A DNA stretch of 24,000 nucleotides, from the NCBI RefSeq assembly GCF_003313465.1, contig NZ_KZ845663.1:271911-295910 (forward strand), written 5' to 3'. The notes under the pieces are model-generated. The model was not told the DNA's origin. It saw only the letters and a program-made list of their open reading frames with translations, and searched no databases. Within the stretch, counting starts at the first letter, position 1, and each line of letters begins with the position of its first letter. Origin of the DNA: Thermoflavimicrobium daqui. Lineage in GTDB: Bacteria > Bacillota > Bacilli > Thermoactinomycetales > Thermoactinomycetaceae. Shown piece after piece: positions 13,450 to 21,421 of this stretch. The position numbers and the translations under genes were made by a program.

Positions 13450-16400
13450 GTCGTTTCTCTCCTTTTACTTTGGTATAGTTACCCAATATATCAACTTGAT
13501 ATTTTTCGAATTCTACCAAGGTTTTTGATCCAATTTTTTCAGATTCATACACTCTATCATGTGAAATAAGGTAGATTCCTGCAGTTGAAATATCAACACT
13601 TTTATAATAGCCAATAAACTCTTTGAGCTTTGTTTTTGCTCCTGTAGCTATCTCCTTAACTTTCACATTGATTCTGGGTACTACCCTTACTAAATCATTT
13701 GGAAATAAACTGAATCGAAATTCAAATGTATCGTCGATTTCTACCCATTCTGCATAAGGTTTACCTGCAGTAATTGCTTTATTTGGTAATCCATCTTTGG
13801 TTGTATCGATGGTATAAATCGGAATTAAATAATATTTTCCATCTTTGAAGAAAACATCTGTACGAATGATTTTAGAGTTATAAACGACTCCTCTTTTTTG
13901 ATTTATGGGACGTACTACTCTTTGTTTATCTAAGATTTTGACTGATTTAATGACCGGCCCTAATTTCCCTGATTTAGTAGGCTTATGTAAGGGCTTTTCA
14001 AATGCCTTTTTCGGATCATTATTAAATTCCAATAACCTTGCTTTAATGGCTTGATATGTTGCTGGATCGCTTTCTTTTCCATACATTGGGAATTCCCCGT
14101 TTTTATCCAATGTAATCTTTGTTAATGGTGTCTTTATAGCCGTAAGTATCAATCCATTCTCCGAATAGCCTACGAACTTACGGATCGTCTTTTGATGTGC
14201 TTCACCTGTTACACTTCTCCTAGGCATCCTCGATACAAAAATAGGTCTTACTTTTTTAATCATTTCCTCATCATAATTCCCATGATTTAAACTCTTTATG
14301 CTCATTTGGGGACTTTGGGATATTCTTGCTTCTAACTCTAATCTAAAGTTATGCCAAGGTTCAGGGAAGTCGATTTTATTCCTTTTGATATAAAATTTAT
14401 CTTCTTCACATTGTTGATAATACCGGTTCACAAGCTGAATCATATGATCAGATGTTACCCCAACAATGACGGCATCAACTGCGTGATGCAAATCGCTTTC
14501 CGCTCGATTCTTATTGAATCCCCAACGACTACGTAGATGTGCCGTTACCTTTCCGTTCACAGTCACTACTTTTTTCTTGATAGGATCATCGGCAAAAAGT
14601 AGATTTTGTCGAATAAAGTTGGACATAAATCTTGAAATGTATTGGGTATCAATTAAATTGCGCTCGCGAAATTCTTGTTGCTCTCTTTCATTAAAATGCT
14701 TACGTAGAAGATTTCTCTTCTTTACTTTATTGATCTTACTATTATTTTCTACTCTTTTTACGAATTCATTCCACTTTGATTCATCTCCACCCAAATATTC
14801 AAAAGGAGTCTTACTTCCTTTATTTTGATTTTCTCTAGCTAAAACCAATACCTTATTGTTATAACTGTCATCCAAGCTTCTACTAAATGGCAATATGTGG
14901 TCTACCTCGGTGCAACCAATCTCACATAATATGTTAGGTTCTATGTACTTATTTGAATACATGCACCATCCATTTTGTTGCTGCCACAGTTTATATTTAA
15001 CAATGTCTTGTCCTCTTGGATCATTAATACCTAACTCTTTCAGTCTCTTTCGTGCTGTTTCATTCATTTTTCTATTTTCTTCATGTTCCTTTTGAATTTT
15101 TTTACGCTCATCAAACCTTTTAGGTAATTCTCTTGATGTTTCGATATGAATGGAGACAGGTGAGCCATAGCGTTTAATAATAGCATTAATTACCTTTCTT
15201 GTTTGCGATAAGGCACGTTGAACAACAGGATTACCAATAAGAGGAATGGCAGGTAGGAGTCGTTTCTTCACTGACGAGGCATTCCCTTGAAATTGATATC
15301 CGGCTAGCTCACATGCTTTATCATAGGTGTATCCTTGCTCTAGATAAGGTAGAACTTTTCGTATAGCTACAAATGATAAATGTCCTACCTTTGAAAAGCT
15401 AAGCTTGATTAATTCATCGATCCATTCATCTGGATACACTTGATTAGCTAGATTAGCCTGATGTCTCCCTTTACTATCTTTATATTCATTTTTTAAATAG
15501 TCTCGAATATCTTGATCATCCTTAAAAATAGTTAAGGCATATGCAAATGTGTCCCAATCCAAATCATTTACTTCATCACTTAAATTCTTGCCAACCAATT
15601 TTTTTAATGTAGAGTAGAGACGATGATAATCAGTCAACTCTAGAAACTTCGCTTTTTCTACTTCTTGTACAGACTTGGAAGCTTCATAATAGAGATCACG
15701 AAAGCGAATCTGATCATCCAATTGTAGTTGTTTTCGTATGTCATGATACTTGACTGTTTTTTTCGTAAAGGCAATTTGTAATATGTAATTGCGCTCTTCA
15801 TGAGTCAACATCCTGCCTCCGTCAACTCCAACGAAGCGAAGATGATTGATTTTTTGCAGAGCCATAAACTTTTGGAATGAAATGGATGCCTTTGGTGCAC
15901 GTTTTTCTCCCTCTTCCAATGTACAAAAGCCAATCATTTTTTCAATTTGTTCCTTAGAAGCATAAGGTCTTTGCGAAGACCAGATTTCAAGATATGCTTC
16001 TTCAAACTCAGAAGTTGCCCAAGGGTTCTGATGTACTCGTTGAGATTCAAAAAGAGTAACGATTTCTTGATGAACATCCTGACGGCTCACGACACTTAAA
16101 TAACTTCCTGCTTTATTGCGTTTATGATTTTTAAATTTCTCGTGATTCACCATCAATTCTGCAATAGTTTGATAGCCATTTTCGTCCATGATTCGGCGGT
16201 TTTCATTGATATTGGAGAGTAGGGGTCCATTTTCTTTTTTACTTTCTTCACTTTTTCGATTTGACTTAAATCCTCTACGTTGCGCCAAATGAATCAGAAC
16301 ACGAGCCCATTCCTTCTTACTCAGTTTTCTTTGTAATGCATCTACACGCAATTCCCATACATCTAGCTCAAAACAATCATTATACAAATGATCCATTTCT

Positions 16401-16645
16401 GTACGAGTCAGAAGATCAGAACGAACAATTAACTCTCTAATTCTCTCAATACGATGCCTTTTCCGACGATTTCTTCTCCTTGCTCCTCGTGCATCTCTTC
16501 GTGGTTTGGCTAAAGGTTCTCCATCTCCAGTTTCTGCTTTATCGAAAATTCTTACACCCAAATCTTCGATACGCTCCTGATCTAAGTTGATAACCGCCCA
16601 ACCACATGAACTTATCCCAATATCTAGTCCAATTCGGTATTTCAT
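13418..16645 (-). CDS. cas9: Cas9, compact type II-C
   Basis: 1075 aa. RuvC-I IGLDIGISSCGWAV. Arg-rich bridge helix RRDARGARRRNRRKRHRIERI. HNH motif EVDHILPFSRSLDDSYNNKVLVLARENQNKG. RuvC-III HHAVDAVIV. No csn2 or cas4 is present in the operon. Confidence 0.97.
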   Translation of the reverse strand: MKYRIGLDIGISSCGWAVINLDQERIEDLGVRIFDKAETGDGEPLAKPRRDARGARRRNRRKRHRIERIRELIVRSDLLTRTEMDHLYNDCFELDVWELRVDALQRKLSKKEWARVLIHLAQRRGFKSNRKSEESKKENGPLLSNINENRRIMDENGYQTIAELMVNHEKFKNHKRNKAGSYLSVVSRQDVHQEIVTLFESQRVHQNPWATSEFEEAYLEIWSSQRPYASKEQIEKMIGFCTLEEGEKRAPKASISFQKFMALQKINHLRFVGVDGGRMLTHEERNYILQIAFTKKTVKYHDIRKQLQLDDQIRFRDLYYEASKSVQEVEKAKFLELTDYHRLYSTLKKLVGKNLSDEVNDLDWDTFAYALTIFKDDQDIRDYLKNEYKDSKGRHQANLANQVYPDEWIDELIKLSFSKVGHLSFVAIRKVLPYLEQGYTYDKACELAGYQFQGNASSVKKRLLPAIPLIGNPVVQRALSQTRKVINAIIKRYGSPVSIHIETSRELPKRFDERKKIQKEHEENRKMNETARKRLKELGINDPRGQDIVKYKLWQQQNGWCMYSNKYIEPNILCEIGCTEVDHILPFSRSLDDSYNNKVLVLARENQNKGSKTPFEYLGGDESKWNEFVKRVENNSKINKVKKRNLLRKHFNEREQQEFRERNLIDTQYISRFMSNFIRQNLLFADDPIKKKVVTVNGKVTAHLRSRWGFNKNRAESDLHHAVDAVIVGVTSDHMIQLVNRYYQQCEEDKFYIKRNKIDFPEPWHNFRLELEARISQSPQMSIKSLNHGNYDEEMIKKVRPIFVSRMPRRSVTGEAHQKTIRKFVGYSENGLILTAIKTPLTKITLDKNGEFPMYGKESDPATYQAIKARLLEFNNDPKKAFEKPLHKPTKSGKLGPVIKSVKILDKQRVVRPINQKRGVVYNSKIIRTDVFFKDGKYYLIPIYTIDTTKDGLPNKAITAGKPYAEWVEIDDTFEFRFSLFPNDLVRVVPRINVKVKEIATGAKTKLKEFIGYYKSVDISTAGIYLISHDRVYESEKIGSKTLVEFEKYQVDILGNYTKVKGEKRLGLATRHDHQ

Positions 16646-16746
16646 ATAAAATACTCCCTTCTATGATCCATAAGTAAAATATTCAATTAAATACATAATT
16701 AATTATAACTTAACCCTTTTTCAAATTGTTATAAGCCGATATGTAT

Positions 16747-16901
16747 AAAAAAACCACTATCTTATATTGAAAATTTTCTTTCATCATAAGATAGTGGTTT
16801 TTTATTAAACAAATTTAAATGGGGAGTTTTTGGCGATCCCCAACGCCACGGGTCAAAAGCCCTTACTATAGTAACCTAACAAAGTTCGATATGATATGAT
16901 C
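16747..16901 (-). ncRNA. predicted tracrRNA
   Basis: On the minus strand, a 36-nt anti-repeat (ATCATATCATATCGAACTTTGTTAGGTTACTATAGT) is complementary to the array A repeat. It is followed by AAGGGCTTTTGACCCG, GGCGTTGGGGATCGCC and CTCCCC elements. The RNA ends at a 12-bp terminator stem (16754-16765 / 16786-16797) plus U7. Confidence 0.8.
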
Positions 16902-16908
16902 ATAAACC

Positions 16909-16937
16909 AGTATACCAATTCGATCCTAAAATAGCAA
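16909..16937 (-). promoter_or_regulatory. tracrRNA promoter
   Basis: On the minus strand: TTGCTA (16932-16937), a 17-nt spacer, TATACT (16909-16914). The predicted transcription start (TSS) falls at the first anti-repeat nucleotides. Confidence 0.6.
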
Positions 16938-17062
16938 CCATTCATTTCGTACTTATTTTTTTAAAAAAACGACGAAAGAAAAAGAAAATGCACCCTAACA
17001 CATTCGTTTTTTAGAAGGAAACCCCTTATAAATATAGAATTCACAAGAGGTTTGGGAAAGGT

Positions 17063-17361
17063 ATCATATGATATCGTATTTCATTAGGGAACTATAGCTC
17101 TTGGAGATGCAGTTCCAACTGGAGATTTATCATATGATATCGTATTTCATTAGGGAACTATAGCCTCTATCAGGAGACAGTTGCCACGCTGTCCATCATA
17201 TGATATCGTATTTCATTAGGGAACTATAGCAACATACCGCTGCTATGGAATGCTCAAGAGATCATATGATATCGTATTTCATTAGGGAACTATAGCGGAG
17301 CTAATGTTAAACCCGTACTTAGCGGATCATATGATATCGTATTTCATTAAGAAACTTTGAT
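17063..17361 (-). CRISPR. type II-C CRISPR array B: five repeats and four spacers, inverted relative to array A, with a variant repeat
   Basis: The plus-strand repeat ATCATATGATATCGTATTTCATTAGGGAACTATAGC starts at 17063, 17129, 17195 and 17261, with a degenerate copy at 17326. Spacers are 29-30 nt. Its reverse complement differs from the array A repeat at 4 of 36 positions (16, 20, 22, 29). Confidence 0.93.
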
Positions 17362-17575
17362 TTCCTTCTTAATTGTATCCATCACGGTAGCAAATTATTT
17401 TTGCAATCCCCTAACTTATTCCCATAAATATACACACCTAGATCAAAAATTTACTCCATACAAAACTTTGGTGTCGCAATCTTCCCAACCATATGGGATA
17501 AAGCCAGTGTGCACCATACATTGTGAAAACGTCTTACCTGCATGACAACCAATGCAACCTACTCTTATACTCATG

Positions 17576-17761
17576 CTACCAACTTGCTTTTTTTACACCT
17601 GGAATCTGCCCCTTATAGGCTAGATCACGGAAGCAGATACGACAGAGATTGAACTTGCGCAATACGGAATGTGGTCGACCACAACGTCTACAACGTGTAT
17701 AGGAACGGACTTTGAATTTCGGTTGACGTTGGGACTTCACTATCATCGACTTCTTCGCCAT
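17576..17761 (-). CDS. rpsN: 30S ribosomal protein S14, short Zn-binding (type Z) form
   Basis: 61 aa. [61 protein letters not shown] carries the two CxxC pairs. A GGGAGGGA SD lies upstream. Confidence 0.9.
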   Translation of the reverse strand: MAKKSMIVKSQRQPKFKVRSYTRCRRCGRPHSVLRKFNLCRICFRDLAYKGQIPGVKKASW

Positions 17762-17792
17762 TTGATTCCCTCCCTTTGATGTGGTTTACCAT

Positions 17793-17821
17793 ATCATATC
17801 ACCAAAAATTACTTCATCTAC
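17793..17821 (-). promoter_or_regulatory. possible extended -10 promoter of rpsN
   Basis: On the minus strand, TGATATGAT (17793-17801) lies about 32 nt upstream of the ATG. The -35 element is weak (TTGTAG with a 19-nt spacer). Confidence 0.35.
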
Positions 17822-18196
17822 AAATCCACAACAACTATATCCCTGTACAGATTGATGGTATTATCCCCTTTTTCCTCAACTTTAATAATCTCCAGAAGTA
17901 TTAGGCTTTTTAAGAAGGATTATTAAAAATGTAGAATGGTACAAGCTTATCTTTCATTTATCATCTATTTTCCTTAAATGCATATCTTATATACACTATC
18001 CCATCAGAAATAATTGTAGTCTTATCCCACTCAATTGTTGTCACTCATTATCTCATCTCTTGTTTTTTAGGTTAACAAGTGTTTAACATATATTTTGGAT
18101 CTAAATCAATATTTCGGACACCAAAAAGTTTAGTATAAACTACTTCTTTAAAAGTCATCTTGAAACACTCGAGTAGCTAATCCTACCTCTTTAGCT

Positions 18197-19153
18197 TTAA
18201 CTAAAGAACTCTGTATAAATATTATTACCTTTCATAAATGTCTCTTGAAATACTGTATCGGCTTCATGAATAAGTCGATTAAGTGATTCCTTTTCAGTTG
18301 TGTCTAAAGCCATTTTTAGGCTAGTCTCATAATCGATGCGATGAAGCTTATTACCTATCAAATAATTTGCAGTATGAAAAGCGCCTTTAGATTGGGATTG
18401 CATAGTGAATTCTACAAGATTTAATCTCCATGATGTAAGTCCACCAAATTCTGCATTTTTATTATCAATTTGATAAATATTGGTTCCGGTTCCAATAGAA
18501 AGAATTTTAATTTGCTCTAATGGGTATCCAAGTTTAACCGCTTCTGCAATAGCTACTAAAACTGGATTATTAGCCCAGAGACCTCCATCAATCTTACACT
18601 CAGTATTACTGACTTTTGCTGCTGGAAGATAAAAAGGTGCTGCAGAGGTTGCCAATGCAATTTTCCAGAATTCTAGCTTGCCATCCTCAAAATAAACTGG
18701 AAGATGAGGTGTCTTATAGACTTTAGGTTTCGCTTTGTGATGTTCAATAGCAGGTATACATACCATTGAATTAGCTTTTGTTAAACGTGCATCTTTAAAC
18801 TTTTCTTTTAACACATTGATTAAGCCAGTGTTATCATACTTAGCATGTTTTAAATAACCTCTCGTAATTCGCTTTCGTCCAAATATATCTTTTCCTTTTT
18901 CAAGATACAGATCCAATATATCTTTCGCAGTTAAACCATAAGTTACTGCTAGTGCAATAATCCCACCTGTTGATGTTCCAGCAATTAAATCAAAATACTG
19001 ATGAAGTGGTTGTGGTACTTCTTCCTCAATCCTTGATAGATATCTCGCAGGGAAAACTCCTTTCATACCACCTCCATCAATAGAAAGAATTCGAAATTCT
19101 CTATCCCTTCTAGTCTTCCATCCGTTTGTTTTTATCTCATCCCAATCAATCAA
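18197..19153 (-). CDS. capV: patatin-like phospholipase (CBASS CapV-type effector)
   Basis: 318 aa. Oxyanion motif DGGGMKG, nucleophile elbow GTSTGG and catalytic DGG (KIDGGLWANNP). The TTG start has a GGGAGG SD. It is the last gene of an operon with a CD-NTase-like gene. Confidence 0.85.
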   Translation of the reverse strand: MIDWDEIKTNGWKTRRDREFRILSIDGGGMKGVFPARYLSRIEEEVPQPLHQYFDLIAGTSTGGIIALAVTYGLTAKDILDLYLEKGKDIFGRKRITRGYLKHAKYDNTGLINVLKEKFKDARLTKANSMVCIPAIEHHKAKPKVYKTPHLPVYFEDGKLEFWKIALATSAAPFYLPAAKVSNTECKIDGGLWANNPVLVAIAEAVKLGYPLEQIKILSIGTGTNIYQIDNKNAEFGGLTSWRLNLVEFTMQSQSKGAFHTANYLIGNKLHRIDYETSLKMALDTTEKESLNRLIHEADTVFQETFMKGNNIYTEFFS

Positions 19154-19177
19154 CTTTATCGCCTCCCTGTATTTATT

Positions 19178-19567
19178 TCAGTCCTTAAGGCTATGAGGTG
19201 CTTCATGTCCCCACCAGATCCCGTCTTCCAGCCATTTTTCATAAAAGTAGAGCCATTCTGCAGTCCAAGGTATAATCGTATCAGCTATAAAAGTACGTCC
19301 ATCATAGCTATTATCTTTTGGATAGTACAAACAAAGAGTTCCATTTGGATATCGATGAGGTGCATCTTTTTTAATTTCAGGTTTCAAAATAAACACATTA
19401 GGTGTAAAGCAATCATAGACAACTTTGATCAAATACTCTGGAGATGACTGGGTTGGTTTTAGAGTACCAACCCAGTATCCTTTTTTATGTTTAAAAGAAG
19501 GATATTTATACTTAATTTTAAGATTTTGCTGAACCTCGTTCAAATATTGTGGTTTAAATTTTTTCAT
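19178..19567 (-). CDS. E2 (UBC)-like protein, stand-alone (CBASS type II-short-like accessory)
   Basis: 129 aa. HRYPNGTLCLYYP resembles the UBC active-site signature HPN..NG.ICL, with a candidate catalytic Cys. It sits between the cyclase and the effector and overlaps the cyclase stop. Confidence 0.55.
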   Translation of the reverse strand: MKKFKPQYLNEVQQNLKIKYKYPSFKHKKGYWVGTLKPTQSSPEYLIKVVYDCFTPNVFILKPEIKKDAPHRYPNGTLCLYYPKDNSYDGRTFIADTIIPWTAEWLYFYEKWLEDGIWWGHEAPHSLKD

Positions 19568-20591
19568 CGTCTTCTCTCTCTCCGAAAAAGCGATGCTTTT
19601 TTATTTGGGTACCTTGTTGGCTAATATTTAACTCACCCTGTGAATTTACATAAACAGAACCAGATGCAATAAGTTCCGCCATCTTTGCACCTTCTTCTAT
19701 TAATTGTGAAGGGAACTTTTCAAAGATTCCTTGCCATTTCTCTATACTTTTTTCTTTATTAGGCTCTTCTAAAGCCTCTAATGCTTTTTTATGGAGTGAC
19801 TTCAGCTTATCTTTAAATACTCGACATTTATTAATATCCCAATCTCGTGCTAAATTCTCATCTTCTAGTGATGGATTACATACTTCAAGCGTAGCATCAT
19901 CTTTCTGATTATTCATTAACTCCTCTAATTTGTTATTTAAATTCTCTAAAGTAGCTACTAATGTTTCAGCATAAGAATTTTTTTCAACCATATATTTTCC
20001 AACGAGTGTAGTCAGTAATATTGATTTAGGGGCTATTTTATCTCCAACATTCTTATCCCTCCAATGTTTCAGTATTCTCACTATAGGACTCAACTTCCTA
20101 TCATGCTGAATGTTCATACGGTCGAACCACTTTTTAAATCCTTTAGGATTAGTCTTCACCCACTCTCCCTCTTTTTTTGAAGGAATAAAAATTGAATCTC
20201 CATAAGTAGATTTAGCAGGTACAATGTCAACATGGAAATCTCCAGCATAGTTAACTCTCACACATCGATCTTTTGGTTTAATTTTACCTTTATATTTTTC
20301 TTTAGTTTTCATACGTTCGACAATCCAATTGAAAAAATCTTTAGAATCCCCTTTTTCTACTTCTACTAATAAAACTGCATCTACATCAAATTCATCACCA
20401 TTGTTTGGGCGAACCGCTGTGGTAGTAGCAAATGACCCTTGTGTATAAAATTCCCTAAATCTTTCGCCAATTTCATTATCTTCTTGAAAGATTTCCTCCC
20501 ATGTAGAGATTGCACTTTCAATTTTTTCTATACGGTTTATATTCAAACTTATATTTTTGATAAATAGCTTAAAATATTCTTCTAATTTCAT
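19554..20591 (-). CDS. CD-NTase / SMODS-family nucleotidyltransferase (CBASS cyclase)
   Basis: 345 aa counted from MKLEEYF (ATG 20591), which has a GGGGGG SD. Pol-beta NTase motifs are QGSFATTTAV...EFDVDAV and a third acidic site in HVDIVPA. The upstream extension to 20693 has no SD and runs across a terminator hairpin. Confidence 0.75.
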   Translation of the reverse strand: MKLEEYFKLFIKNISLNINRIEKIESAISTWEEIFQEDNEIGERFREFYTQGSFATTTAVRPNNGDEFDVDAVLLVEVEKGDSKDFFNWIVERMKTKEKYKGKIKPKDRCVRVNYAGDFHVDIVPAKSTYGDSIFIPSKKEGEWVKTNPKGFKKWFDRMNIQHDRKLSPIVRILKHWRDKNVGDKIAPKSILLTTLVGKYMVEKNSYAETLVATLENLNNKLEELMNNQKDDATLEVCNPSLEDENLARDWDINKCRVFKDKLKSLHKKALEALEEPNKEKSIEKWQGIFEKFPSQLIEEGAKMAELIASGSVYVNSQGELNISQQGTQIKKHRFFGEREDDEKI

Positions 20592-20631
20592 TATTACCCC
20601 CCCTAATTTCTTAGAACTCTTACCTATGAAA

Positions 20632-20670
20632 TATAACAGAAGGGGTTTTAGGCATACCCCTTCTGTTATA
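20632..20670 (-). terminator. strong hairpin separating the R-M genes from the CBASS operon
   Basis: A perfect 15-bp stem, TATAACAGAAGGGGT / ACCCCTTCTGTTATA, with a 9-nt loop. The T-tract is only short (TTT) on the minus strand. Confidence 0.5.
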
Positions 20671-20697
20671 GGTATGTAAATATATAAATACACAAAA

Positions 20698-21411
20698 TCA
20701 CAAGTCCAACCTTACCCCAAAGTTCTTCAACCACTCTTTTCTTCTTTCATAGTCAGGAAGAACTAAAGCTACTAAATCCCAAAACTCTTGCGAATGGTTC
20801 ATATGAATCATATGGCACATTTCATGAACTACAATATAATCCAGCACATGCGATGGAGCCATCACACAACGCCAGTTGAATAGCAGTTCATGATTTGCAG
20901 TGCAACTAGCCCATCGCTTCTGTTGCTCCTTTACTTTAATGGCAGTTGGTTGGACTTTGAAGTGATGTGAATAATATTTCACTCGTTCTGTTACTTTCTT
21001 TAATGTCTTCCTCCGGTACCACTGCTTCATCGCCTCTCTAATCACTCTCTGCTCTTTGGTAGGTGTTTTAACAAAAAGCTTCCCTCGATAGAGCGATACC
21101 ACAGGCTCTTTCAAAGTTTGATCCAAAATCAACTGTAAGGAATAGTTACGCCCCAAGTACATAAAGGACTCACCATTTACAAATTCACGGTGAAGCTTTT
21201 GGTACTCCATATCTTTAAAGGAAAATAGCTTTTGGACAATCCATGAACCACGACTTTTCACTTTCTGTTTAATGATGGGGATAGGTGTACCTTCAGGTGC
21301 TATCACTTGTACTTGTTTTGGTGGTTCGACTGCGATCTCCATGGTTTTTCTCTTCCGAAACTCCACGGTAAAGTCAATGGTTCGGGTTCCAAACTGAACA
21401 TCTAACTTCAT
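20698..21411 (-). CDS. DUF45/YgjP-like HExxH metallopeptidase
   Basis: 237 aa. It has the motif HEMCHMIHMNH. It lies immediately downstream of hsdR, a common arrangement in type I R-M loci. Confidence 0.75.
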   Translation of the reverse strand: MKLDVQFGTRTIDFTVEFRKRKTMEIAVEPPKQVQVIAPEGTPIPIIKQKVKSRGSWIVQKLFSFKDMEYQKLHREFVNGESFMYLGRNYSLQLILDQTLKEPVVSLYRGKLFVKTPTKEQRVIREAMKQWYRRKTLKKVTERVKYYSHHFKVQPTAIKVKEQQKRWASCTANHELLFNWRCVMAPSHVLDYIVVHEMCHMIHMNHSQEFWDLVALVLPDYERRKEWLKNFGVRLDL

Positions 21412-21421
21412 AATGTCTCCT

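Noticed and set aside
13268-15095. Plus-strand ORFs of 61-104 aa (13268..13528, 14351..14536, 14514..14828, 14895..15095).
   Set aside because: They are antisense to cas1 and cas9. They have low-complexity, Cys/Phe/Leu-rich composition and no SD sequences. They are typical shadow ORFs of an AT-rich coding strand.
17357-17545. A 62-aa plus-strand ORF starting within the degenerate last repeat of array B.
   Set aside because: It has no SD, starts inside a CRISPR repeat remnant, and has no recognisable domain.
17789-17803. CCATATCATATCACC upstream of rpsN resembles the 3' end of the II-C repeat (GATATGATATG), suggesting a decayed repeat.
   Set aside because: Only about 11 nt match and no adjacent repeat-like sequence exists. 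It is better explained as an extended -10 promoter element.
20592-20693. The N-terminal extension of the CD-NTase ORF (MYLYIYIPITEG...).
   Set aside because: It runs through the 15-bp terminator hairpin and has no SD. ATG 20591 is preceded by a G-rich SD.
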